From a virus (Duplodnaviria > Caudoviricetes), in the IMG/VR virus record IMGVR_UViG_3300046010_005980, positions 1 to 55,914 of that record: DNA of 55,914 nucleotides; one strand, written 5' to 3'. Position numbers and translations under genes: made by a program. This document shows, one piece after another, positions 34,650 through 43,249 of this stretch. Position 1 is the stretch's first letter. Each line of letters begins with the position of its first letter. Under the pieces are notes generated by a model. The model saw nothing but the letters and a program-made list of their open reading frames with translations. It had not been told where the DNA came from and searched no databases.

Positions 34650-35315
34650 ATGACAACCTCCGGAACCGCGACGTTCAACCTAGACGTTGGAGAGCTGATC
34701 GAAGAGTCGTATGAGCGCTGCGGGCTTGAGGTCCGCACGGGCTACGACGCGCGCACGGCCCGGAGGTCCCTGAACCTCATGTTCGCGGAGTGGGCCAACC
34801 GCGGCCTCAACCTGTGGACCGTGGCCCAAGCGACGATCACCGTCACACAGGGCACGGCGACCTATACGGTCGGCGCAGACCACGCGGACATCTTGGAGAT
34901 GGTCCTTCGTCGTTCAGGTACGGACTACGAGGTCGAACGGATCAGCCGCGGCGACTACTTCTTGCTGCCCAACAAGACCGCACAGGGTCGCCCGTCGCAG
35001 TTCTACTACGACCGGAAGATTTCCCCGGTCATCAACTTGTGGCAGGTTCCTGAGAACTCGACAGACCAGCTGGTTTATTACTACGTGCGGCGCATTCAGG
35101 ACGCAGGGACGATGCAGAACACCACGGACATGCCGTGGCGCTTCTACCCCTGCATGGTTGCGGGCCTGTCCTATTATCTTGCCATGAAGCGGGCCCCGGA
35201 GCGGATGGCCATGCTCAAGGCGATCTACGACGAAGAGTTCGCCCGCGCGTCCGAGGAAGACGAAGATCGCGTCCCGCTGAAGCTGCAGCCCGACGTAGCA
35301 TACTTGAGGTTCTGA
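34650..35315 (+). CDS. Putative head-tail adaptor protein
   Basis: MTTSGT..FNLD...IEE.YERCG...ARRSLN.MFAEWANRGLNLW; position after the head genes. Confidence 0.65.
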   Translation: MTTSGTATFNLDVGELIEESYERCGLEVRTGYDARTARRSLNLMFAEWANRGLNLWTVAQATITVTQGTATYTVGADHADILEMVLRRSGTDYEVERISRGDYFLLPNKTAQGRPSQFYYDRKISPVINLWQVPENSTDQLVYYYVRRIQDAGTMQNTTDMPWRFYPCMVAGLSYYLAMKRAPERMAMLKAIYDEEFARASEEDEDRVPLKLQPDVAYLRF

Positions 35316-35617
35316 TGTCGTTTGCCAGCGGTAAAAAGGCTTGGGGAATTTCGGATCGCTCCGGCGTTCGGTTCCGCCTGCGCGACATGCGCAAGGAGTG
35401 GACCGGGCTGCTTGTGGGCCCGGACGAGTTTGACCCGAAGCACCCGCAGCTTTTCCCGCCAAAGGCCTACCCTGATCCGCAGGCGCTGCGCAATCCGCGC
35501 CCGGACCCTGAGGCTGGGCACGTCTACGTCCCCGTTGGAAATACCGTATTCCCGCCGGTTGCGCCTGTGTATCCCATGGTCGTCAGCCTCGGCTTTGTCA
35601 CGGTGGAGATCACATGA
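35315..35617 (+). CDS. Conserved virion-module protein
   Basis: ASGK.A.GISDRSG.RF...EWTG.LV...E..PKHPQL...DPQAL.NPRP. Confidence 0.7.
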   Translation: MSFASGKKAWGISDRSGVRFRLRDMRKEWTGLLVGPDEFDPKHPQLFPPKAYPDPQALRNPRPDPEAGHVYVPVGNTVFPPVAPVYPMVVSLGFVTVEIT

Positions 35618-36264
35618 GCTTTACATACGGCCAGCTGAAGCAGGCTCTGCAGGACTATCTCGAGACCACAGAGACCACCTTCGTGAACAACCTTCCCCTG
35701 TTCATCCGCCTGTCGGAAGAACGGATTCTGAAGAGTGTGCAGCTGAACCTGTTCCGCAAAAACGCCACGGCCAACGCTACCATTGGCAATCAGTTTCTGG
35801 CTGCCCCCAGCGACTTCCTTGCTCCCTTTTCGCTCTCGTACCGGGGCGACAACAACGACAAGGCCTTCGCGGAGTTTAAGGATGTAAGCTTCCTTCAGGA
35901 GTATAACCCTGACTCGACGACCACAGGACAGCCGCGCTACTACGCACAGTTCGACAACGAGAACTTCCTTCTGGCTCCTACCCCCAATGATGACTACATT
36001 ATGGAGCTTCACTATTTCTACCGCCCGGCCAGCCTCACGGCCGGTTCGGATAGCGGAACCACGTGGCTGAGCATCAACGCTGAGCTGACCCTGTTCTACG
36101 GCGCGATGATCGAGGCCTATATCTTCTTGAAGGGCGATCCGGACCTGATGGCGGCCTACGACAAGCGCTTCCAAGAGTCGTTGATCGGCCTGAAGATGCT
36201 GGGCGAAGCCAAGCAGACGACCGACGAGTATCGCGTCGGCAGGGTTGTGAGGTCCAAAGAGTAA
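35614..36264 (+). CDS. Putative tail adaptor/tubular protein
   Basis: FI...EERI, G.PRYYA, APTP..Y..ELHY...P, TTWLS.NA...L.YG motifs. Confidence 0.65.
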   Translation: MSFTYGQLKQALQDYLETTETTFVNNLPLFIRLSEERILKSVQLNLFRKNATANATIGNQFLAAPSDFLAPFSLSYRGDNNDKAFAEFKDVSFLQEYNPDSTTTGQPRYYAQFDNENFLLAPTPNDDYIMELHYFYRPASLTAGSDSGTTWLSINAELTLFYGAMIEAYIFLKGDPDLMAAYDKRFQESLIGLKMLGEAKQTTDEYRVGRVVRSKE

Positions 36265-36557
36265 TGTTCTCAGCCTCCATGAACCTGCCTTCCACGCCCA
36301 TCGTGACCGTAACGACGACCAGCAACCGGGGCCAGACGCCCGAGGAGGTCGCGCTCCGTTGCGTGAACAAGCTCATCAGCGTGTCTGACTCTGCGCCGCA
36401 GGGGATCAGGGATCAGGCCTTGGCCTACCGAAGCGCCCTGCTCACTGTCGTGACGGCCTACATGAAAGAGGCAGTTACCAACGACCGCCTTACCGTGTAT
36501 AATGCGCTCGTAGAGGCTGGGCACCCACAACTGGCTGCGGCCATTCAAAAGCTATAG
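36264..36557 (+). CDS. Conserved hypothetical protein
   Basis: TTSNRG.TPEEVA..C..K.ISVSD.AP..IRDQA.AY. Confidence 0.7.
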   Translation: MFSASMNLPSTPIVTVTTTSNRGQTPEEVALRCVNKLISVSDSAPQGIRDQALAYRSALLTVVTAYMKEAVTNDRLTVYNALVEAGHPQLAAAIQKL

Positions 36558-36566
36558 GAGGCTACT

Positions 36567-37010
36567 TTGGCCATTTCGCAAGCAATGTGCACTTCGTTCA
36601 AGGACGAGCTTCTCGAGGGCGTCCACGACTTCCGCTCGAGCGGCGGCGACACGTTCAAGCTGGCTCTCTACACGAGCTCGGCCGATCTCAGTGCGGCTAC
36701 CACTGCCTACTCGTCCTCGAACGAGGTGGCGAACTCGGGCAGCTACTCGGCCGGTGGCGGCTCCCTGACCAACATCAGCCCGACCACGTCTGGCACCACG
36801 GCGTTCACAGACTTTGATGATCTGTCGTTCACCTCGGCGACCATCACGGCCCGCGGTGCGTTGATCTACAACACGACTCCGGCGCATACCTACACCAACC
36901 CGTCCGTTGCGGTTCTGGACTTCGGTGGAGACAAAATCTCCACTGCAGGCACCTTCACCATCCAGTTTCCCGCAGCCGACTCCACGAATGCCATAATTCG
37001 TATTAGCTAA
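36567..37010 (+). CDS. Virion/tail structural protein
   Basis: QAMCTSFK.ELL.G.H.F...FKLALYT...TARGALIYN...VLDFG.DK; GGAGG RBS. Confidence 0.75.
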   Translation: MAISQAMCTSFKDELLEGVHDFRSSGGDTFKLALYTSSADLSAATTAYSSSNEVANSGSYSAGGGSLTNISPTTSGTTAFTDFDDLSFTSATITARGALIYNTTPAHTYTNPSVAVLDFGGDKISTAGTFTIQFPAADSTNAIIRIS

Positions 37011-37019
37011 GGGGCGGCC

Positions 37020-37856
37020 ATGGCCAACACGACCCTTACAGGCTGGGGCCGTGGTACGTGGTCCTCTGGGGCGTGGGGTGAGGCAATCCCCGTCGTCGTC
37101 ACTGGCGTGTCTGCCACTGGCGCAATTGGCACTGTCACCGTCACTGGCACCGCCCTTGTCCAGCCCACAGGTGTATCAGCCACCGGGGACGTCGCCACAG
37201 TTGTTGCCACGGGCTCCGCCCTTGTTCTACCTACCGGGGTCTCTGCGTCTGGGGCAGTTGGAACTGTCATTGCGCGGGCTGGGGCTGACGTACCGGTCAC
37301 GGGCGTTGAGGCATCTGGCGCTGTAGGTTCTGTCACAGTGGCCGCAGGGGCGATTGTCGAGCCGACGGGGGTATCAGCCACCGGAGAGACAGGCGACGTT
37401 TTCGTCTCAGGCTCTGCCCTCATTTTGCCAACTGGCGTCTCTGCATCTGCTGTTGTGGGTGATGTCGTCGCTCAGGCTGGCTCTGATGTGGCAGTCACTG
37501 GCGTTGAGGCCTCGGGCGCTGTAGGCGACGTGGTGATCATCATCCCGACGATTGCAGAGCTCACTGGGGTCTCAGCCACCGTGGCCGTGGGCACTGTGGT
37601 CCCCGAGGCTGGCGCTGACGTTCAGGTCACTGGTGTCTCAGCCACCGGGGCTGTCGGCGTCGTTCTTGTCTGGAGCCAGATTGTCCCCGGTCCCGGAACC
37701 GCGTGGGACCCACTGAATCCAGCGCCACCTACATCTTGGTCTGACGTCTTGCCTTCTCCGGGTTCGTCATGGACGGACGTCGATCCGGGTGTTATAAATT
37801 CATGGACAACCCTTGAGCCAGCGCCACCTACGGTCTGGACCCCAGTCGCCGCGTGA
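37020..37856 (+). CDS. Tail-associated repetitive beta protein
   Basis: About 22-aa repeats V.TGVSATGAVG.V; GWGRGTW N-terminus. Confidence 0.7.
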   Translation: MANTTLTGWGRGTWSSGAWGEAIPVVVTGVSATGAIGTVTVTGTALVQPTGVSATGDVATVVATGSALVLPTGVSASGAVGTVIARAGADVPVTGVEASGAVGSVTVAAGAIVEPTGVSATGETGDVFVSGSALILPTGVSASAVVGDVVAQAGSDVAVTGVEASGAVGDVVIIIPTIAELTGVSATVAVGTVVPEAGADVQVTGVSATGAVGVVLVWSQIVPGPGTAWDPLNPAPPTSWSDVLPSPGSSWTDVDPGVINSWTTLEPAPPTVWTPVAA

Positions 37857-37865
37857 GGATGAACA

Positions 37866-39812
37866 ATGCCCAGCACATACACAGGTAATCTCGGAATCGA
37901 GCTCCCCGCCGATGGCGAACTCGACGGTGTCTGGGGGGATGTTGTCAACGACAACATGAACATCCTTGACCGGGCCATCAACGGCTCGATTGCGCTGTCC
38001 CTGAGCGGAACATCCTCGACCCTGACAACTTCGGACGGCGCGCTATCTGACGGGCAGTACAAGTTGCTGGTTTTGGCGGGCTCCCCGAGCGGCACCCACA
38101 CGATCACCATCGCGCCCAGCGATGCCCAGAAAATTTACTTTGTGCGGAACACCACTGCCCAGAGCGTCGTGTTTACTCAGGGCTCCGGCGGGAACGTGAC
38201 CATCGCCACGGGCGACAGCGCGATTATCTACTCGGATGGGGCCGGGGGCAGTGCCGCCGTCGCAAACATCACTAATGACTTTGCCATGAGCTCGGTGAAG
38301 ATCACGGGCGGCACCATTGACGGGACCGTGATCGGTGGGACGTCCGCCGCCGCAGGCACTTTTACCACGGCGAACGCCACGACCGTAGACACCACCAACA
38401 TCGAAGTTACCACCATCAAGGCTAAGGATGGCACCTCTGCTGGTTCCATTGCGGACTCGACGGGTGTAGTCACGCTGGCTTCTTCTGTGCTGACAACGAC
38501 TGACATCAACGGCGGCACTGTGGACGGCGCTGTCATTGGTGGATCGTCTGCCGCAGCCATCACCGGGACAACCATCACGGCCACTGGCGATGTGACCATT
38601 GCCGACAAGATCATCCACGCTGGCGACACCAACACCGCCATTCGTTTCCCTGCGGCTGATACCGTGACGGTGGAGACGAGTGGGGTTGAGCGTATGAGGA
38701 TCTCCTCTACGGGCAACGTAGGGATTGGGGTGAGTTCTCCTGCCAGTGCTTTAGACGTGGCTGGTAACATTAGCACCACCTTGGCAACCTATAACTTTGT
38801 GAACGTCAACAGCGGGACTGTTCAAGGGCAATTTGCAGCCAATGGCAGCGGTAGTGCGGTGCAGATTCGTGCTGTGAGCGATCACCTGATGGCGCTTTTC
38901 ACCAACAACCTCGAACGTATGAGGATCACCTCTGCAGGCAACGTGGGTATTGGGACGAGTGCGCCAGACGCCCTCCTGTCCGTAAACGGCGTGGCCTCCT
39001 TTGGAGACGGCTCTGCTGCTGCTCCGTCGATCACAAATTTTGGTGACCTGAACACGGGTATGTTCTTCCCGGCTGAGAATACCATTGCCTTCGCAGAAGG
39101 TGGCACCGAGCGTATGAGAATCCTCTCTGGGGGCAACGTGGGGATCGGGACGACTACTCCGCAGCGAATTTTGCATATCGCAACCGCAGAGCCGACTGTT
39201 ATTTTGCAAACCACTTCTGCTGCGGTAGATCAAAACCGTTGGCGTACTCGTGTAAACACATCCGGAAATTTTATTATCGGAACCGCTAACGATGCCTTTA
39301 GTGCGGGTGAGGAGGCGTATCAAATTGTTCGAGGCACGGGTATTGCTGTCAGTACCCATATATTTAGTACAGCCAACACTGAACGCATGAGGATCGCGAC
39401 TACGGGCAACGTAGGGATTGGCAACACCTCCCCTATCACCCCGCTCCATGTCACGGGTGCTACCGTCACCACTGGTGTGGTTTACAAGAACCAGCCAGCC
39501 CAGAGTGTGGAGAGTGCTGCTGCAACACTCACCATTGCAGAACTGCTGACGGGTATCATCCAGTATACTGGCGCTCTGGCCACGCTGACCATGCCGACAG
39601 GCACAGACATTGAGGGCGGCGTTCCAGCCACCTTCCCGACGGATATGTCCTTCGACTTCTCGGTCATCAATACTGGTGCTGGTGTAGTTACTCTTGGGAC
39701 AGCCACTGGACTTACTCTGGTTGGTGGCATGACCGTCGCTGCTGCTGCCTCGGGATTGTTCCGGGTGCGTAAGACCTCTACCAACACCTACACCGTTTAC
39801 TGCATCTCTTAA
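37866..39812 (+). CDS. Tail fibre protein
   Basis: Four ERMRIxxxGNVGIG modules; I.GGTIDG..IG repeats. Confidence 0.85.
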   Translation: MPSTYTGNLGIELPADGELDGVWGDVVNDNMNILDRAINGSIALSLSGTSSTLTTSDGALSDGQYKLLVLAGSPSGTHTITIAPSDAQKIYFVRNTTAQSVVFTQGSGGNVTIATGDSAIIYSDGAGGSAAVANITNDFAMSSVKITGGTIDGTVIGGTSAAAGTFTTANATTVDTTNIEVTTIKAKDGTSAGSIADSTGVVTLASSVLTTTDINGGTVDGAVIGGSSAAAITGTTITATGDVTIADKIIHAGDTNTAIRFPAADTVTVETSGVERMRISSTGNVGIGVSSPASALDVAGNISTTLATYNFVNVNSGTVQGQFAANGSGSAVQIRAVSDHLMALFTNNLERMRITSAGNVGIGTSAPDALLSVNGVASFGDGSAAAPSITNFGDLNTGMFFPAENTIAFAEGGTERMRILSGGNVGIGTTTPQRILHIATAEPTVILQTTSAAVDQNRWRTRVNTSGNFIIGTANDAFSAGEEAYQIVRGTGIAVSTHIFSTANTERMRIATTGNVGIGNTSPITPLHVTGATVTTGVVYKNQPAQSVESAAATLTIAELLTGIIQYTGALATLTMPTGTDIEGGVPATFPTDMSFDFSVINTGAGVVTLGTATGLTLVGGMTVAAAASGLFRVRKTSTNTYTVYCIS

Positions 39813-39840
39813 CCCCTAACCCCCTGAAAGGAGGATCACG

Positions 39841-40053
39841 ATGGCACAGAAACAAACCCAAACCATCACGATCAATGACGTGGACTACACTGAGGATCAG
39901 CTGACGGACGAGCAGAAGATGCTCATCAATCACATCGCTGATCTGGACCGCAAGATGGGTTCCGCTCAGTTCAATCTAGACCAACTGCGCGTGGGCCGCG
40001 ATGCCTTCGTCAACATGCTCACCGCCTCGCTGGCACAAGGAGAAGCCGAATGA
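39841..40053 (+). CDS. Small protein downstream of tail fibre
   Basis: AGGAGG RBS; coiled-coil; possible fibre chaperone (inference). Confidence 0.7.
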   Translation: MAQKQTQTITINDVDYTEDQLTDEQKMLINHIADLDRKMGSAQFNLDQLRVGRDAFVNMLTASLAQGEAE

Positions 40054-40352
40054 CCGCCACTATCACTTGGGCCATCGCCCAGCTTGACCGCAATGCCACG
40101 GATGGTGGTGTGACGGTCGCCCACTGGACTGCCTCTGCCGTCGATGGGGACCACAGCGCCTCGTCCTACGGCACCGCAGGCTTCACTCCTGACGCCACCG
40201 CACCGGGCTTCAAGCCCTATGCCAGCCTCACCGAAGCCGACGTGCTGGGATGGGTCTGGGGTTCAGTGGACAAGGCCGAGACGGAGGCCTCTCTGCAGAG
40301 CCAGATCGACGCCCAGAAGGCACCCGCCACCCTGACCGGGACGCCGTGGTAA
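40050..40352 (+). CDS. Small tail-fibre-associated protein
   Basis: TW.I..L.R...V...HW...F.PY..LTE..VLGWV...PW motif. Confidence 0.7.
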   Translation: MTATITWAIAQLDRNATDGGVTVAHWTASAVDGDHSASSYGTAGFTPDATAPGFKPYASLTEADVLGWVWGSVDKAETEASLQSQIDAQKAPATLTGTPW

Positions 40353-40353
40353 A

Positions 40354-40596
40354 ATGACGACCGAGATGCTTTGGAGCCTCGGTCTATCAGCAGCACTCGG
40401 CCTGATCGGCTGGGTGCTGAAAAACCATGTTGAGGAAGTGAAGCGCCTGCAAATCCTGCTAAACAGGACGCGGGAAGAAGTAGCCCGTGACTACGTCACG
40501 CGGGCCGACATGCACACCGACATGAACCGGGTCATCTCTCGGCTGGACAATCTTGACAAGAAGATCGACGAACTGATGCGAAGCCTAGCGAAGTGA
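40354..40596 (+). CDS. Single-TM coiled-coil membrane protein (lysis region)
   Basis: N-terminal hydrophobic helix; LLNRTREE.ARDYVT...LD.KID. Confidence 0.7.
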   Translation: MTTEMLWSLGLSAALGLIGWVLKNHVEEVKRLQILLNRTREEVARDYVTRADMHTDMNRVISRLDNLDKKIDELMRSLAK

Positions 40597-40736
40597 CACT
40601 GCCATTGATCTGGGTGGCCTACACCCACCTGTGGATCGACGGCAGCATGGTATTTGTCAAGATTTGCAGGTATAGTGCGGACGTGGCGCTGGCGGTCCAT
40701 CCGCTCTACCCATGCCCACCGTTCTGGAGCCTGTAA
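40593..40736 (+). CDS. Hypothetical protein (47 aa)
   Basis: Hand-translated; GTGA and TAATG overlaps with neighbours. Confidence 0.45.
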   Translation: MTLPLIWVAYTHLWIDGSMVFVKICRYSADVALAVHPLYPCPPFWSL

Positions 40737-41227
40737 TGTTTGACCCCGCCAGCATAGGCATTGCCCTTAGCGTAGGCAGCAAGGCTTTCAGCCTGCTGAA
40801 ACAAGGCATTGCGGCGGGCCGTGAAATCCAAGACATGGCGTCCCAGCTCTCCGAGTGGGGCAAAGCTGTCTCTGACATCGCCTACGCTGCGGAGAGAGCG
40901 AACGAGCCTCCGGGCGTGTTCAAGACGCTGTTCGGCGGCGGCAACCAAAAGAGCGCCATCGACATCTTTGCCGCCCAGAAGCAGTGCGAACAGCAGCGGA
41001 AAGAGTTGCGCCAGCTGATTAGCTATCAGTACGGAAACGATGCGTGGTTGGAGTTTCAGGCGATTGAGCGCCGGGTCAGAGAGCGACAGCGCGAACAGGT
41101 CTACCGTCGTCAGGAGATTATCGAGTCTATCGTAGAGTTTTTCCTCTGGTTTGGTATAGTCCTGCTGTCCGTGGTGATTTCTGGCGTCGGCCTGTACTTC
41201 TGGGGCCGTTACATAGGGAGGTGGTGA
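40736..41227 (+). CDS. Membrane protein with C-terminal TM helix
   Basis: MFDPASIGIAL...; coiled-coil followed by a hydrophobic helix. Confidence 0.7.
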   Translation: MFDPASIGIALSVGSKAFSLLKQGIAAGREIQDMASQLSEWGKAVSDIAYAAERANEPPGVFKTLFGGGNQKSAIDIFAAQKQCEQQRKELRQLISYQYGNDAWLEFQAIERRVRERQREQVYRRQEIIESIVEFFLWFGIVLLSVVISGVGLYFWGRYIGRW

Positions 41228-41418
41228 TGGCATTGGAACACTGGATATGGCCTGCTTTTGCAATTGGTATTGCATTGGTATTCTATTTCAGCGGAGACGG
41301 ATGGTATCGCTATCCGTGCCAAGACCCACAAAATTGGAGCGCACTTGAGTGCCAGCCTCCGATCTGCCTTCGTACCAAGAACTGCGCTGATGATCTGACT
41401 GGAGGGGCTGCGCCATGA
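41227..41418 (+). CDS. Small Cys-rich membrane-anchored protein
   Basis: TM helix then RYPCQDP.NW...ECQPPIC...C. Confidence 0.65.
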   Translation: MALEHWIWPAFAIGIALVFYFSGDGWYRYPCQDPQNWSALECQPPICLRTKNCADDLTGGAAP

Positions 41419-41681
41419 GAAAGAACGATCCTGACTATCTGGAAAGTAAGCTGCGCTATTTTATCGGCGTGTCGCTCACCATGATCTTGGGCGGCAGCAT
41501 ATTCATCATCCTCTACAGCTTGGTTTTCGTGACCCAGCCGCTCGGAGAGAGCAGCGAGAACGACCGGGCGCTGTTTGCCATCCTCACCCCGATTGCCAGC
41601 TTTATCACTGGTGCTTTGGGCGGCGTGATGGCTGCAGGCAACAACCGCAAACGCGACGAACCGCAGGAGTACACCGAATGA
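41415..41681 (+). CDS. Putative holin (2 TM)
   Basis: Two hydrophobic helices and a charged C-terminus, upstream of the endolysin. Confidence 0.5.
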   Translation: MRKNDPDYLESKLRYFIGVSLTMILGGSIFIILYSLVFVTQPLGESSENDRALFAILTPIASFITGALGGVMAAGNNRKRDEPQEYTE

Positions 41682-41905
41682 TCGGACGCATTATTGGAAT
41701 GTTCATGGGCCGCAAGCTCAAAGAGAAGGCCGTGGACGCGGTGCTGGACAAGGTGAACTTGCCTGATCCAGTCGAGAACGCGATCAAAGCGGCAGCCACT
41801 GGCAACGTCGGTGACCTGCTCGGCGGCACGGGCAAGGACATGGCGCAAGAGGCTGTGCTTGGTGAGATCACCAAGAAGGTTCGCATCAGAAAGCCGAAGA
41901 AGTGA
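41678..41905 (+). CDS. Hypothetical protein
   Basis: ATGA overlap; operon packing. Confidence 0.6.
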   Translation: MIGRIIGMFMGRKLKEKAVDAVLDKVNLPDPVENAIKAAATGNVGDLLGGTGKDMAQEAVLGEITKKVRIRKPKK

Positions 41906-42318
41906 AGTGGCTTGCTCTAACAGCAACGCTCGTTGGTGGCAGTTTTGCCGCTTCTGCTAACGCCTACGAGATCACCCGCGTCATCGACGGAGACACGGTA
42001 GAGATCGCGGTGGACTTTTTACCAAAGCCTCTCCCGCCAAAGCTGTCGATCCGCGTGATAGGTGTTGATACGCCCGAGAAAGCACCTCGCGCCAAGTGCG
42101 AGGCTGAAGCCAAGAGGGCGGTGGAAGCAACACGTTTCACTCAGCGCGCCGTTGCCGAAGCCAAAGAAGTCAACATTCACATCAAAAGCTGGGATAAGTA
42201 TGGTGGCCGCGTGCTAGGCATGGTCGTTTTGGACGGGCGCGGGCTTTCTGAGATGCTGATTGAGGCGGGTCTAGCCCGCCCCTACAAAGGCGAGGCTAAG
42301 TCCTCGTGGTGCGAATAA
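41902..42318 (+). CDS. Thermonuclease (SNase) family protein with signal peptide
   Basis: VIDGDT, IR.IGVDTPE, DKYGGRVL, LIEAGLA; N-terminal K plus hydrophobic stretch ending ANA. Confidence 0.88.
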   Translation: MKWLALTATLVGGSFAASANAYEITRVIDGDTVEIAVDFLPKPLPPKLSIRVIGVDTPEKAPRAKCEAEAKRAVEATRFTQRAVAEAKEVNIHIKSWDKYGGRVLGMVVLDGRGLSEMLIEAGLARPYKGEAKSSWCE

Positions 42319-42329
42319 GGAGCCAATAA

Positions 42330-43220
42330 ATGAGCCTGATTACCGAAGCCCAACTGGCCGTTATGATCCCGACCAACAAGGAAGTTGGAGCGTGGTGCGC
42401 GGCACTCAATGAGATGCTGCCGAAGTACGGCATCACCACCGACAAGCGAATCGCTGGCTTCATCAGCCAGTGCGCCCACGAGAGCTCTGACTTCCGGGTC
42501 TTGCAGGAGAACCTGAACTACAAGGAGGCCACCCTCCTGAAGGTGTTCCCGCGCTACTTTGGCCCCGGCAAGGAGAACGCCGCCGAGTACGCAGGCAAAC
42601 CCGAGAAGATCGCCAACTATGTGTACATGGATAAGAACCGCTCCAAGGGCGGCGCTTTGGGCAATGTGAAAGAGGGGGACGGCTGGCTTTTTTCCGGAAA
42701 AGGTCTGAAGCAAGTCACTGGCCGTGCGAATACGACGGCCTTTGGAAAGACCGTGGGCATGACCGCCGAGGAAGCCGCCGCCTACCTGCTGACCAAGAAG
42801 GGCGCACTTGAGAGCGCACTGTGGTTCTGGGGCAGCCGCAATCTGAACGACGTGGCCGACACGGGCGACGTGGTGAAGCTGACCAAGATCATCAACGGTG
42901 GCGACATTGGCTTAGCCGACCGCAAGGCGCGCTACGCTAAGGCCATGGCGGCGCTGGGCGGGAAGGTATCGGCTCCGGCACCAAAGGCCGCGGCCCCCGC
43001 AACTCGGCCCTCGGCCCCCGCAACTGTTGGGAACGAAACCCTGAAACGAGGAAGCACTGGCGCATTGGTGAAGCAGCTTCAGGAGAAGCTGGGCATCGAG
43101 CCTGCTGACGGTATCTATGGGTTTTGGACTTCGAACGTGGTGAAGGAGTGGCAGGGCAAGAACGGTCTCGTTGCCGACGGCGTGGCTGGGCCGAAGACAT
43201 TGGCGAAGCTGCTCGGTTGA
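42330..43220 (+). CDS. Endolysin: GH19 family with C-terminal peptidoglycan-binding domain
   Basis: FISQCAHES, ENLNY, G.GLKQVTGR.N, TKIINGG..GL.DR; LKRGS.G..VK.LQ...DG..G and ADGVAGP.T. Confidence 0.9.
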   Translation: MSLITEAQLAVMIPTNKEVGAWCAALNEMLPKYGITTDKRIAGFISQCAHESSDFRVLQENLNYKEATLLKVFPRYFGPGKENAAEYAGKPEKIANYVYMDKNRSKGGALGNVKEGDGWLFSGKGLKQVTGRANTTAFGKTVGMTAEEAAAYLLTKKGALESALWFWGSRNLNDVADTGDVVKLTKIINGGDIGLADRKARYAKAMAALGGKVSAPAPKAAAPATRPSAPATVGNETLKRGSTGALVKQLQEKLGIEPADGIYGFWTSNVVKEWQGKNGLVADGVAGPKTLAKLLG

Positions 43221-43249
43221 TGTAATATCTCCGGCAACAGGAGACCGTC

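Noticed and set aside
37866-39812. Diversity-generating retroelement targeting the tail fibre
   Set aside because: No reverse transcriptase and no adenine-variable TR/VR pair seen.
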